Origin: Chloroflexota bacterium
Lineage (GTDB): Bacteria; Chloroflexota; Dormibacteria; DASZGP01
Length of the DNA: 64,000 bases
Assembly (NCBI GenBank): GCA_034666405.1
Contig: JAXDLW010000015.1
Span: 11,387-75,386 of the forward strand
Reading direction: 5' to 3'
The position numbers and the translations under genes were made by a program. Positions 36,266-45,630 of the stretch are shown piece after piece; positions within the stretch are counted from its first letter, which is position 1, and the number at the start of each line of letters is the position of its first letter. The notes under the pieces are model-generated. The model did no database searches. It saw nothing but the letters and a program-made list of their open reading frames with translations, and had not been told where the DNA came from.

Positions 36266-36706
36266 ATGACCCTTCAGCGCATGGACAATGTGGGCATTGT
36301 CGTCGATGACCTCGACGCGGCTGTCGCGTTCTTCACCGAGATCGGCATGGAGCTTGAAGGCAGGGCGCAGGTCGAGGGCCCCTGGGTGGACCGCGCCGTC
36401 GGGCTCGAGGGCGTTCGGAGCGACATCGCGATGATGCGGACCCCGGACGGCCACGGCAAGCTGGAGTTGAGCAAGTTCCACACTCCCGCAGCGACCGTCG
36501 CCGGCTCAGGGAACTCTCAGCCGAACACCTTGGGCATGCATCGCGTCATGTTCACCGTCGACGACATAGACGACACCGTTGCCCGCCTGCGCGCGCACGG
36601 CGCCGAGCTCCTGGGCGAGGTGGCACAGTACGAGAGCAGCTACCGGCTCTGTTATCTCCGCGGCCCCGCGGGCATGATCGTCGCCCTGGCTGAACGAATC
36701 GGCTGA
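36266..36706 (+). CDS. VOC-family (glyoxalase/bleomycin-resistance-like) protein
   Basis: 'MDNVGIVVDDLDAAVAFFTEIGMELEG...HRVMFTVDDIDDTVARLRAHGAELLG'. Confidence 0.8.
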   Translation: MTLQRMDNVGIVVDDLDAAVAFFTEIGMELEGRAQVEGPWVDRAVGLEGVRSDIAMMRTPDGHGKLELSKFHTPAATVAGSGNSQPNTLGMHRVMFTVDDIDDTVARLRAHGAELLGEVAQYESSYRLCYLRGPAGMIVALAERIG

Positions 36707-36808
36707 AGCGCCTGTCGAGCGGGGCGCCCTTTCGCGATTACGCTGCGGAAGCCCTGACCGGGCGCAATATGCACGAGGGAATCGAGACGCCGGGAGGCGG
36801 CTGGGACG

Positions 36809-37783
36809 TCACTGCGCGGGCCTGAGGACGACCCGGCCGAAGGCTTTGCGGCTCTCCGCGTATTCGTGCGCGGCGGCGGCATCTGCGAGCGGGAACGCAC
36901 GATCGATCTCGACGTGGAGCTCGCCGCTGGCAACGCGCTCGAGCATGCTGCCGATCAGTTCATGAATCCGGGCGTACTCGGGCAGGATCGCGCCGCCGAG
37001 GAAGACGCCCCGCAGGGTGTTGTTCCGGGCCCATAACGCCCGCGCGTCGATCGCAGAACCCGCCCGAGCGGCGACCCCGACGCTCACGAGTGTCCCCCGG
37101 TAGGCGAGCACATCGACGCTGTCGACGAGGTTCTGGCCGCCGATCGAGTCGATGACGACGTCCACACCGCGCGAGTTGGTCAGTTGCTGGGTGCGCTCGA
37201 CAAACCCCTCAGTCGCGTAGTTGATCCCGTGGTCGAGCCCGAGCGCTTTGAGCCGTTCGAGCTTCTCGTCGTTGGAGGCCGTCGCGATCACGGTGGCGCC
37301 GGCGCGCTTGGCCAGTTGAATCGCGGCCATCCCGAGGCCGCCGGCCCCGGCATGGACCAGGACGGTCTGGCCGGCGGTTAGGTTCCCGGCGGTGAACAGG
37401 CACTCGAACGCGGTGCCGAAGGCCACCGGGACGCACGCCGCGCGGTCGACATCGAGACCGGCAGGGATGGGCCAGGTTGTCATGGCGAGCACCGCTCGTC
37501 GCGCGGCGTGGGACCCGGAGGAGTTCAGGGCGACGACCCGGTCGCCGACCGCGCGTCCGTCGACACCGGCGCCGACAGCGCTCACGGTTCCGGCGCTCAG
37601 GTATCCGACGACGTGTGGCGCCGCGGGTAGATCCCCCGACGCGCGGGCCAGCAGGTCTCCTCCCTCGATGCTGATCGCCTCGGCATCCACCACCACGCAA
37701 CCGTCCGGACAGCTGGGATCCGGCATCTCCTCATACCGGAGCATTTCCGGACCGCCGTTCTCGTAGATCACCGCCGCCTTCAT
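36809..37783 (-). CDS. Zn-dependent alcohol dehydrogenase / quinone oxidoreductase (MDR family)
   Basis: 'MKAAVIYENGGPEML' N-terminus and NAD(P) fold 'VLVHAGAGGLGMAAIQLAKRAGATVIATAS'. GGAGG RBS precedes ATG 37783. The listed 5' extension is rejected. Confidence 0.8.
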   Translation of the reverse strand: MKAAVIYENGGPEMLRYEEMPDPSCPDGCVVVDAEAISIEGGDLLARASGDLPAAPHVVGYLSAGTVSAVGAGVDGRAVGDRVVALNSSGSHAARRAVLAMTTWPIPAGLDVDRAACVPVAFGTAFECLFTAGNLTAGQTVLVHAGAGGLGMAAIQLAKRAGATVIATASNDEKLERLKALGLDHGINYATEGFVERTQQLTNSRGVDVVIDSIGGQNLVDSVDVLAYRGTLVSVGVAARAGSAIDARALWARNNTLRGVFLGGAILPEYARIHELIGSMLERVASGELHVEIDRAFPLADAAAAHEYAESRKAFGRVVLRPAQ

Positions 37784-37868
37784 GCCCGTGCCTCCAAATT
37801 CTTGCGATGCCTGTCCAGCGGGCGCCGCCACCGGCGCGCTGGTCACACCCAAAAGCATGCACAAGGAG

Positions 37869-39032
37869 TCAGAACGTCCGCGGTCGCGCCCCCCAGGTTC
37901 GCCTCTCCGCGCCATCAAGGGCGACGTTGAGTGCTAATTCGATCGTGCCTGCGGTGGAGACAGGGCCCGGGCCCGCCAGTCCCTGCGCGGCCGGCTGAGC
38001 ATCGTCAGTCAGGGTGACGCGCAGGGCGCCGCCGCTGATGTGCACCAGGTAGTGGTCGCCATCGGCGGCGGCGGTCTCGCTCTCCCAATGGAGATCGCTG
38101 GTTGTCGCGGCAATCGACATGGCGTCCAACTGCAACTGCGCGGCACCCGCGCTCGCATCGACGACCACGGCCGCACCGGGTGGACGATGGATCCGCACGG
38201 CAACGGCGCCGCCTGAGACATTGATGGGCACGACGCCGCGGGGGTCGGGAAGCACGCAATCCACGCGCGTCGCGCCCCCGTCCAGCTGGATCTCGCGAAC
38301 GTCGAGACCGCCGAGCTCCAGGCGGGTGTTCCAAGTGGGCCCCTGGACCTTGATACGCCATGGGTGCGCGGGATTCAGGTCAAGCTTCCCCTGGCGGCCG
38401 CCCCGGAGGCGGCGGACCTTCAGGATGTCGCCGTGTTCTATCGCGGGCGCCGATGTCCCCGGGTCGGTCGTGGCGCGTAGCAACTCTTGCATCGGGCCGC
38501 CAGCCTGGAGCGTGACGCCACGGCTGCCGCTGTCGACAGCGACAGTGAGGATGCGGTCGGTCTGCCCGACGGGGGCAAGCTCGGGCCCGGTCGACCACAC
38601 CAGCACGTGGCTCAGCATCATCATCGCGGTCGCGGCGGCCTCGGACTGCATCAAGCCCGCTTTGAGCAGCAACTCTTGAAGGCGCGTGTGGGTGGCGCTG
38701 CGATTGACTATTTCCGGGACGGTCAACAGCACCCTGGCAGCGTCCGGCCGGCCGTCCACAACGGAGCAGAGGGCATTGCATACCGCGAGGGCAGCGACGC
38801 GCCATGTGCCTTTCCGATCGCCGACATGTACCTGGTCCATCAGTGCCTGTGCGACGAGGGCGATCAACTCGTCGCGATCCCGGACATGCCAGTAGAGCGA
38901 TGCCGCCTTGACACCGAGGTGGTCGGCCAGGGCACGCATCGACAGCGCGCCCAGCCCCACCTCACCAATGACCTCCAGGGCTGCAGCCGCCAATCGGTCA
39001 CGACTGAGCGCCGACCCGCGCGAGCTATTCAA
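37869..39032 (-). CDS. TetR-N HTH domain fused to a ~200-aa C-terminal beta-rich 'toast-rack' (DUF4097/LiaF-like) domain
   Basis: N-terminal 'AALEVIGEVGLGALSMRALADHLGVKAASLYWHVRDRDELI'. C-terminal repetitive strands 'RIKVQGPTWNTRLELGGLDVREIQLDGGATRVDCVLP...VSGGAVAVRIHRPPGAAVVVDASAGAAQLQLD...LVHISGGALRVTLTDD'. TTG start at 39032. Confidence 0.55.
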   Translation of the reverse strand: MNSSRGSALSRDRLAAAALEVIGEVGLGALSMRALADHLGVKAASLYWHVRDRDELIALVAQALMDQVHVGDRKGTWRVAALAVCNALCSVVDGRPDAARVLLTVPEIVNRSATHTRLQELLLKAGLMQSEAAATAMMMLSHVLVWSTGPELAPVGQTDRILTVAVDSGSRGVTLQAGGPMQELLRATTDPGTSAPAIEHGDILKVRRLRGGRQGKLDLNPAHPWRIKVQGPTWNTRLELGGLDVREIQLDGGATRVDCVLPDPRGVVPINVSGGAVAVRIHRPPGAAVVVDASAGAAQLQLDAMSIAATTSDLHWESETAAADGDHYLVHISGGALRVTLTDDAQPAAQGLAGPGPVSTAGTIELALNVALDGAERRTWGARPRTF

Positions 39033-39048
39033 TGGCTCACTTGCACTC

Positions 39049-39095
39049 TAACGGTGTTAGGGATAGTATCCATCACGGATAAGCCTAACACTGTT
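39049..39095. promoter_or_regulatory. Inverted repeat TAACGGTGTTAGG ... CCTAACACTGTT in the divergent promoter region
   Basis: 12-bp arms with one mismatch, separated by 21 bp. It lies between the TetR-fusion gene start (39032) and the hydrolase start (39111). Confidence 0.45.
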
Positions 39096-39110
39096 CGTGA
39101 GGAAGAATAA

Positions 39111-39953
39111 TTGAATACCCAGGTGATCTCGGCTGACGGCACGGCGATCGGGTACGGGCTGCTGGGCGAAGGCCCGGCGGTGGTCCTGATTCAAGGCGCA
39201 ATGGGATCGGCCCACAACTTCAAGGACCTGGCGGCGATCCTGGCAGAGCAGTTCAAGGTGGTTGTTCCCGACCGCCGTGGCCGCGGTGCCAGCCCCCACG
39301 CCTATGGCCCCGATTACGGTGTGAGAACAGAGGTGGAGGACCTCGACGCCCTGCTGCAGGCCACCGGGGCGACCCGCGTGTTCGGGCTCAGCTCTGGAGC
39401 GCTGATAGGCCTGGCAGCGGCGCGCGAAATTCCGAGCATCGAGAAGCTCGCGATCTACGAACCGCCCCTGTTCCTGGACGCCGCGCCGACCGACATGCTG
39501 GCCCGCCTCGAACGCGAGGTCGCAGAAGGCAGAATGGCGGCCGCCCTGATCACCGGCATGCAGGGCGCACAGTTGGGTCCCTCATTTCTGAACCTGATAC
39601 CACGCGGCGCCCTCGAGTTCCTGACCGGGATGGCCATCGCCCGCGACTCACGCGCGCCTGGCGAGTACGTGCCGATGCGCGATCTCGCGCCGACCCTACG
39701 GTTCGACTTCCGTCTCGTTTGCGAGATGAGCGCAACTGTCGACACGTTTCGCGACATCGAATGCGACCTTCTCCTGCTCGGAGGCAGCAAGAGTCCAGCG
39801 TACCTAAAGGCGGGGCTGGACGCCCTGGCGTCGGCGGTGCCTCGCGCTCGCCGCGTCGAGTTCGCGGGTCTCAACCATGGCGCCGCCTGGAATGCCGACC
39901 GGGGTGGGCATCCCGACAAGGTGGCCCCGGCACTGAGGGAGTTCCTCTCATGA
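39111..39953 (+). CDS. Alpha/beta hydrolase
   Basis: 'VVLIQGAMGSAHNF', nucleophile elbow 'GLSSGA' and a C-terminal His region. Confidence 0.75.
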   Translation: MNTQVISADGTAIGYGLLGEGPAVVLIQGAMGSAHNFKDLAAILAEQFKVVVPDRRGRGASPHAYGPDYGVRTEVEDLDALLQATGATRVFGLSSGALIGLAAAREIPSIEKLAIYEPPLFLDAAPTDMLARLEREVAEGRMAAALITGMQGAQLGPSFLNLIPRGALEFLTGMAIARDSRAPGEYVPMRDLAPTLRFDFRLVCEMSATVDTFRDIECDLLLLGGSKSPAYLKAGLDALASAVPRARRVEFAGLNHGAAWNADRGGHPDKVAPALREFLS

Positions 39954-39966
39954 TTCCGCCTGTTTC

Positions 39967-42558
39967 CTAGCTCAAGATCTCGACATAGCCGTCCGTTCCG
40001 TGCACGCGGATTCGCTCTCCATCCCGGATGAGCCGCGTGGCTTGCTCCACGCCCACCACGGCGGGTAGGCCGTACTCCCGTGCGATCACCGCGCCGTGTG
40101 TCATGAGGCCACCGACCTCCGTCACCAGCCCGGCGATTGAGACGAACAGGGGTGACCAGCTGGGGTCCGTGTAAGCGGTCACCAGGATGTCGCCCGGTTC
40201 GAGATCGGCGTCACCCATGTCCAGGATGACGCGGGCTCGCCCCTCGATGATCCCGGCGGAAACGGCGAGGCCGACCAGCGCTCCGGTCGGAACGCCATCT
40301 CGCCGATACGCCCCAGCGATGACCTCGCCATCAGACGTGAGCACTCGCGGGGGAGTCAGTGCTTTGAAGGACCTGAACGCCTTCTTGCGCTGGACAATGA
40401 GCTGCTCATCGACGTGCTTCGTGCGCACGACGTCCTGGAGTTCCTGGAACGTGAGATAGAAGATGTCCTCGCTCTCACGAAGCACGGCGTCCTGCACCAG
40501 GCGCCCGGCCTCATCGAGCAAGGCCTGCTTGTAGACGAAGTAACGGCTGACAATGCCGTACTTTGGATACTCGCGGTAACCACTGAAGGTCCGGACGCGG
40601 TCGATCATCCGCCTCGTCTGTTCTGCCTTCTGCTCTCCGTCTGGCAGGGCCCGCAAGCGGTCGAGCAACTCCTGTTCCTTCGTCTGCGCCTCCTGGCGCC
40701 CCTGCTCGAAGCGTTGCTTGCCGGCGCCCGGCTCGAAGTTCTTGATGTTGCCGAGGACCAGGGGCAGCAGGGTCGTGGGACGTTCGCTCCAGCGCGGCCG
40801 GGTGATGTCGCTCTCGCCGGCGCAGCGCATGCCGTATCTGTCGAGGAATGCGTCGAAGGCGTGGCGCGCCTCCCGCCCGCCCGCAACATTCGGCAGCTCG
40901 TCCAGGAAGCCGTCGTCCTCGACGCTCTGCAGGAAGGCCACCGCCTCCGGGTGCGGGCGGATCACGTCCGCGACCTCGAGCAGCGCCAAGCCCATCTCCG
41001 ACGTGATGTTGCCAGGGACGGACTGCGTGAGGGTATCGGCCGCGTTCTTCTCGCCCAGCCACTCCTGCAGGTGCTCGTTGAGCCACCCCGAGGCCTCCAT
41101 CGCGGCCAGGATGACCTGCATGCTCCGCGGGTCTGAGGTGATCCGCTGCAGTTCCTTGAGGTCCGTCAGGATGAAGTCGAGCAACTCCGATCCAGACCGC
41201 TTCCGGATCTCGCGTCGCAACGCCGCTATGGAGGCCTGGCTGCGCCCGACCAGGTCGCTGACGATTGCCGGGTCGGTATCGATCGGGGCCGGCGTGCCGC
41301 CGGCGGGCGGTCCGCCGGGGCCTGCATCCCGGATTGAGGGAATGAGGTCTCCCCGGTCGACGACGGTCTGCAGCGCGCCCCCGATCAGCGGATCGGATTT
41401 CCCCAGGACCAGGAGGCGGGCGCGGCTCGCCGGCGAAGCGAGGTCCCGGGCGACGTCGACGAACAGCCTTCCGCCGGCGTGAAACATCGGTCGGAGGGCC
41501 GTCAGCTGCCAGATCGAGAGCCCCAGCGGTTTCATGGGGTCGGTCATCATCTGCTGATGCCCGACGGAGATGTAGACGTGGTTCTCCTGGTCGTCGATCT
41601 CGGGAATGGGGAACAACGCGGTGATCGGCCGGCTCTGGACCACCTGGAATTCCTCGTCGACCAGGCACCACTCGATGTCCTGGGGGTTTCCGAAGTGCGC
41701 CTCGATCCGCCGTCCCAGCTGCGCTAGTCGCACGACCTGCGCATCGCTCAGCACTGACTGCTCCTGCCGCTCCGGGTCGATGGCGACCTGCTGGGTCCCG
41801 CCTGCCGGCGATGCGAGGATGGCAAGGTGCTTGGTGGCGACCCTCCTGGTGACGACCTGGCCGTCCCGCACCTTGTACATGTCCGCGTTCACCAGACCCG
41901 AGACCAGGGCCTCGCCAAGGCCGAAGGTGGCCTCGATTGAGACGACCTTTCGGTTTGAGGTGACAGGGTCGGCTGTGAACAGGATGCCCGCGGCCGTCGG
42001 GAAGACCATCTGCTGAACGACCACGGCCATGTGGACGTTGCGTTGGTCGAAGCCGTTCCGCAGGCGGTAGGTCACTGCGCGCTCGGTGAACAGCGAGGCC
42101 CAGCACCGGCTGACGTGCCGGAGGACCGCGGCCGCCCCGACGACGTTCAGGTAGGTGTCCTGCTGACCGGCAGAGGATGCCGTCGGCAGGTCCTCTGCCG
42201 TGGCGCTCGATCGGACGGCATAGGCGGTCGCCTCGCCGAGGTGGGCGAGCGAGCGTGTGATCGCCGCGGCAACCTCGTCGGGGATGGCGATCCTTTCCAG
42301 GGTCCCGCGGATATCGGCCGTGAGTGTGTGGATGCCCCCCCGGTCATCCGGGTCCAGGTGCGACAGCCGTTCAATCCGATCGTCGATCGACGGTTCTGTG
42401 GCCATGACCCGCTGGAAGGCATCGGTGGTCACACAAAAGCCAGCCGGTACACGGATGCCGTCGATCCGCGACAGCTCCCCTAGGTGCGCACCCTTGCCAC
42501 CGACGACCGCGACCTGGGCCCGGTCGATCTCCTGGAAACCCAGCACGTAGTTGGCCAT
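39967..42558 (-). CDS. PEP-utilising enzyme family protein (pyruvate, water dikinase / rifampicin phosphotransferase-like), ~863 aa
   Basis: N-terminal PPDK/PEP-synthase ATP-binding region 'AVVGGKGAHLGEL...GFCVTTDAF'. C-terminal mobile His domain 'GGLMTHGAVIAREYGLPAVVGVEQATRLIRDGERIRVHGTDGYVEIL'. The size matches the Rph/PpsA-like family. ATG at 42558. Confidence 0.8.
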   Translation of the reverse strand: MANYVLGFQEIDRAQVAVVGGKGAHLGELSRIDGIRVPAGFCVTTDAFQRVMATEPSIDDRIERLSHLDPDDRGGIHTLTADIRGTLERIAIPDEVAAAITRSLAHLGEATAYAVRSSATAEDLPTASSAGQQDTYLNVVGAAAVLRHVSRCWASLFTERAVTYRLRNGFDQRNVHMAVVVQQMVFPTAAGILFTADPVTSNRKVVSIEATFGLGEALVSGLVNADMYKVRDGQVVTRRVATKHLAILASPAGGTQQVAIDPERQEQSVLSDAQVVRLAQLGRRIEAHFGNPQDIEWCLVDEEFQVVQSRPITALFPIPEIDDQENHVYISVGHQQMMTDPMKPLGLSIWQLTALRPMFHAGGRLFVDVARDLASPASRARLLVLGKSDPLIGGALQTVVDRGDLIPSIRDAGPGGPPAGGTPAPIDTDPAIVSDLVGRSQASIAALRREIRKRSGSELLDFILTDLKELQRITSDPRSMQVILAAMEASGWLNEHLQEWLGEKNAADTLTQSVPGNITSEMGLALLEVADVIRPHPEAVAFLQSVEDDGFLDELPNVAGGREARHAFDAFLDRYGMRCAGESDITRPRWSERPTTLLPLVLGNIKNFEPGAGKQRFEQGRQEAQTKEQELLDRLRALPDGEQKAEQTRRMIDRVRTFSGYREYPKYGIVSRYFVYKQALLDEAGRLVQDAVLRESEDIFYLTFQELQDVVRTKHVDEQLIVQRKKAFRSFKALTPPRVLTSDGEVIAGAYRRDGVPTGALVGLAVSAGIIEGRARVILDMGDADLEPGDILVTAYTDPSWSPLFVSIAGLVTEVGGLMTHGAVIAREYGLPAVVGVEQATRLIRDGERIRVHGTDGYVEILS

Positions 42559-42602
42559 CCGTACACCATCCCCTTGGAGGCCTGTCGGACCTCGACTGAC
42601 AG

Positions 42603-43808
42603 TTACTGGCTCAGTCCGGGCCCCGGGTCCTGCGCGCCGGATTGCAGACCTCGCGCCCAGGTCCACGCGTAGTTGGGGTCCTCCGACGCCTCCGCGGCGG
42701 GGCCGAGGTGCAGGGGGCGGAAGGTGTCGATCATCACCGCGACCTCGTCCGTACCGGGTTTGCCGATCGCCGCCTCAACGCTCCCGGGCTGTGGACCGTG
42801 GGTGAAGCCCGACGGGTGAAGGCTGATCGAGCCGAGTCCGATGCCGGCGCCCTTGCGCGACATGAAGTCGCCGCCCACGTAGAAGAGCATCTCATCGGAA
42901 TCGACATTGGCGTGGTTGTAGGGCACCGCGATCGCCTCAGGGTCGAAGTCGAAGGGTCGCGGGCAGAACGAGCAGATCACGAAGTTGGGGCCCTCGAACG
43001 TCTGGTGGGTGGGCGGAGGCATGTGGAACCGCCCGACGCGAGGTTCGTAGTCATGGATCGAGAAGCGGAACGGGTAGAGGCACCCGTCCCACCCGACGAC
43101 GTCGAACGGGTGACGCAGGTAGGTCATGCGTGTCAGCCCGGCGCGGTGGCGCACCAGCACCGGCACGTTCTCGCCTTCGACCAGCAGCGGCTCGACCGGC
43201 CCGTGCAGGTCGCGCTCGCTGTATGGGGCGTGCTCCAGGAACTGGCCCCGTGCCGAGAGGTATCTTTTCGGCGGTCGAATATGGCCGCTGGCCTCCGCGA
43301 TCAGTGCCCGTACGGGCTCATCGCCAAGGGTGACCCAGCGGTGCGTGGTCGAGGTTGGAACGACGACATAGTCGCCGGCGCCCGCGTCCAGGGACCCGTA
43401 AACCGACTCGAGCCTGGCCGACCCGGATTCGATGTAGACGCATTCATCACCGATCGCATTGCGGAAGAGCTCGCTCGTGTCGGTTGCAGCGACGTAAGAG
43501 ATGCGCACGTCGTCGTTCGCCAGCAGGAGCCTGCGACCGCTGACCAGGTCGCCGCCGACGTCGAGCTCATGGGTCTTGAAATGCCGGGGCTTCAGCGGAT
43601 GGTTGGGAGCCGTGGCCCGGTCCGCGGGCTCATCCGCGACCTCCGCTCCGACGATCGCTGTCGGCAGTCCCCGGTGGTAGAGGAGCGACTGGTCGGAGGA
43701 GAAGCCCTCCGACCCCATGAGCTCCTCAGCGTAGAGGCGCCCGGCCGGGTCGCGGAACTGCATGTGTCGCTTGCGCGGCACGTCGCCGACCTTTATGTAG
43801 TGGGTCAT
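42603..43808 (-). CDS. hmgA: Homogentisate 1,2-dioxygenase
   Basis: Collinear with bacterial HmgA over ~400 aa ('GFSSDQSLLYHRGLPTAI', 'DVRISYVAATDTSELFRNAIGDECVYIESGSARLESVYGSLDAGAGDYVVVP', 'HPSGFTHGPQPG'). ATG at 43808. Confidence 0.9.
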   Translation of the reverse strand: MTHYIKVGDVPRKRHMQFRDPAGRLYAEELMGSEGFSSDQSLLYHRGLPTAIVGAEVADEPADRATAPNHPLKPRHFKTHELDVGGDLVSGRRLLLANDDVRISYVAATDTSELFRNAIGDECVYIESGSARLESVYGSLDAGAGDYVVVPTSTTHRWVTLGDEPVRALIAEASGHIRPPKRYLSARGQFLEHAPYSERDLHGPVEPLLVEGENVPVLVRHRAGLTRMTYLRHPFDVVGWDGCLYPFRFSIHDYEPRVGRFHMPPPTHQTFEGPNFVICSFCPRPFDFDPEAIAVPYNHANVDSDEMLFYVGGDFMSRKGAGIGLGSISLHPSGFTHGPQPGSVEAAIGKPGTDEVAVMIDTFRPLHLGPAAEASEDPNYAWTWARGLQSGAQDPGPGLSQ

Positions 43809-43965
43809 CTGACAGATTGTGGGGGACAGCCCCGGCGAGAGGTTGCCCCGACGGTCCTGCTCGCACTCCATTCGATCTCAAATCGCCCGGGTTGACGGCT
43901 CGCACGGCCCCAGCGGGATTACGATGAGCGGGCTGGCCCATGACCAGGCCCAGGGGAGGACAGAC

Positions 43966-44505
43966 ATGTCAGAGACGGTGTTTCACGAGGTGGTCGAGAG
44001 AATGGCCGCCGATCCCGGCTTCGCGTCGAGTGTTGCCGCTGATCCGTTGGCCGCGCTGGGCGGCTTTGACCTGAGCCCCGACGAGCGCACAACCCTGGCC
44101 GCACTCACATCCGACGCCAGCGCGGGCGCCAGTGCTCTCGGGACGCGACAGTCCAAGTCGGCAATGTTGCCGACCTCGTTCTTAGGGGCCGCTCACCACC
44201 CCGGCCTTCACGCGGAGACCCCCGCTACGCATAACGACTTTGGCCATCACGCGACCGGCCTCCATCAGCACGCGACCCCGGTTGTTGGTCCACACGCGGC
44301 GTCGACCAACCTGCACCCAGGTGCGGCCACCCATCCGAGCGTGTCGCTGGATCACAGGTCGGACTCCCTGTCCGAGCAGGGGGAAAGTGAGTCGCTCAAG
44401 TTGCAGATGGCCATGGACCGGCTCTCGAAATTCGAAGCAGCCCTGACCAACATCGAGCAGAAGAGCGCGGAAACGCAGTCGGACATCATTCAGAACATGA
44501 AGTGA
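43966..44505 (+). CDS. Hypothetical His-rich protein with C-terminal coiled-coil
   Basis: GGGGAGGA RBS and ATG 43966. N-terminal leader-like 'FHEVVERMAADPGFASSVAADPLAALGGFDLSPDERTTLAAL'. Middle region with 13 His ('HHPGLHAETPATHNDFGHHATGLHQHATPVVGPHAASTNLHPGAATHP'). C-terminal 'LKLQMAMDRLSKFEAALTNIEQKSAETQSDIIQNMK'. Confidence 0.5.
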   Translation: MSETVFHEVVERMAADPGFASSVAADPLAALGGFDLSPDERTTLAALTSDASAGASALGTRQSKSAMLPTSFLGAAHHPGLHAETPATHNDFGHHATGLHQHATPVVGPHAASTNLHPGAATHPSVSLDHRSDSLSEQGESESLKLQMAMDRLSKFEAALTNIEQKSAETQSDIIQNMK

Positions 44506-44583
44506 GGATCGGAAATTCGCCTCATCGCAGGAGCGTAAGGAGCCGCTGAACCACGCCGGCCACGGGCCCGGGCCGCCGGCCCT

Positions 44584-45510
44584 ATGCTGCGGAGCATGAG
44601 CATCGAACACCGGGTCGTCACCTCCGACGGTCGAACTCTTCGCGTCGAAGAGGCCGGTGACCCGTCGGGCGCGCCAGTTCTGGCCCACCACGGAACACCC
44701 GGCGCGGGCGGTTCGTTCGCGCCGCATGCTGAGGACGCGAGGGTCCGCGGTATCCGCCTGATCTCTTACGATCGGCCGGGCTACGGCGGCTCCAGCCCGC
44801 ATCCCGGGCGCACGGTCGCGGACTGCGCGGCAGATGTCCGCGCCATCGCGCAAGCGCTTGACACTCCGCGCTTCACCACCTGGGGCATCTCCGGTGGCGG
44901 CCCCCACGTGCTGGCGTGCGCAGCGCTGCTGCCGGACCTGGTCGTAGCCGCTGCATCGCTGGCATCCGTGGCGCCGTACGGCGCGCCCGGGCTCGATTAC
45001 TTCAGTGGGATGGGGGAGGAGAACGTCGAGGACACCAGGCTGATGCTGGAAGACCCGGGGGCGGCTCGCGCGAAGGCGAAAGCGGACCGCGAACGCCTCA
45101 TGTCACTGACTGCGGAACAGATGGCCAGGGCCTTTCCAACCCTGCTTTCCCCGGTGGACGCGGCCGCCCAGACGCCCGAGCTCGCGGACTACTTCGCGAA
45201 CCGGAACAGGTTCGCGCTGGGCCCCGGTGACGAGGGCTGGTGGGACGACGGGGTGTCCAGCATGGAGCCGTGGGGCTTCGACCTCCGGAGTATCTCGATC
45301 CCGGTCCAGCTATGGCACGGGCGCCACGACCGGTTTGTTCCTTTCCAACATGGTCAGTGGCTCGCCACCCAGGTCCCGGGCGTGGACGCCCATTTGACAG
45401 ATGAGGACGGCCACGTGACGTTGCTCCTCAACCGTGTGCCCGAGGTGCACGCCTGGCTGCTCGCCCAGTTCCAGGCGGAGGCCAAGCGTGGCCGAAAGGA
45501 GGACAGCTGA
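44584..45510 (+). CDS. Alpha/beta hydrolase
   Basis: 'VLAHHGTPGAGGSF' and nucleophile elbow 'GISGGG'. Confidence 0.75.
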   Translation: MLRSMSIEHRVVTSDGRTLRVEEAGDPSGAPVLAHHGTPGAGGSFAPHAEDARVRGIRLISYDRPGYGGSSPHPGRTVADCAADVRAIAQALDTPRFTTWGISGGGPHVLACAALLPDLVVAAASLASVAPYGAPGLDYFSGMGEENVEDTRLMLEDPGAARAKAKADRERLMSLTAEQMARAFPTLLSPVDAAAQTPELADYFANRNRFALGPGDEGWWDDGVSSMEPWGFDLRSISIPVQLWHGRHDRFVPFQHGQWLATQVPGVDAHLTDEDGHVTLLLNRVPEVHAWLLAQFQAEAKRGRKEDS

Positions 45511-45630
45511 TGGAGCATCGGAGGCGCTCAACGACCAGCTGAAAGTCCCTGAAATCATTGTCTCACGCAGGCCGGGGCTTGCCGCAAGCCCCACCCCCCG
45601 TGCGACGCTCTCGACTCGTCCTGGGCGGAG

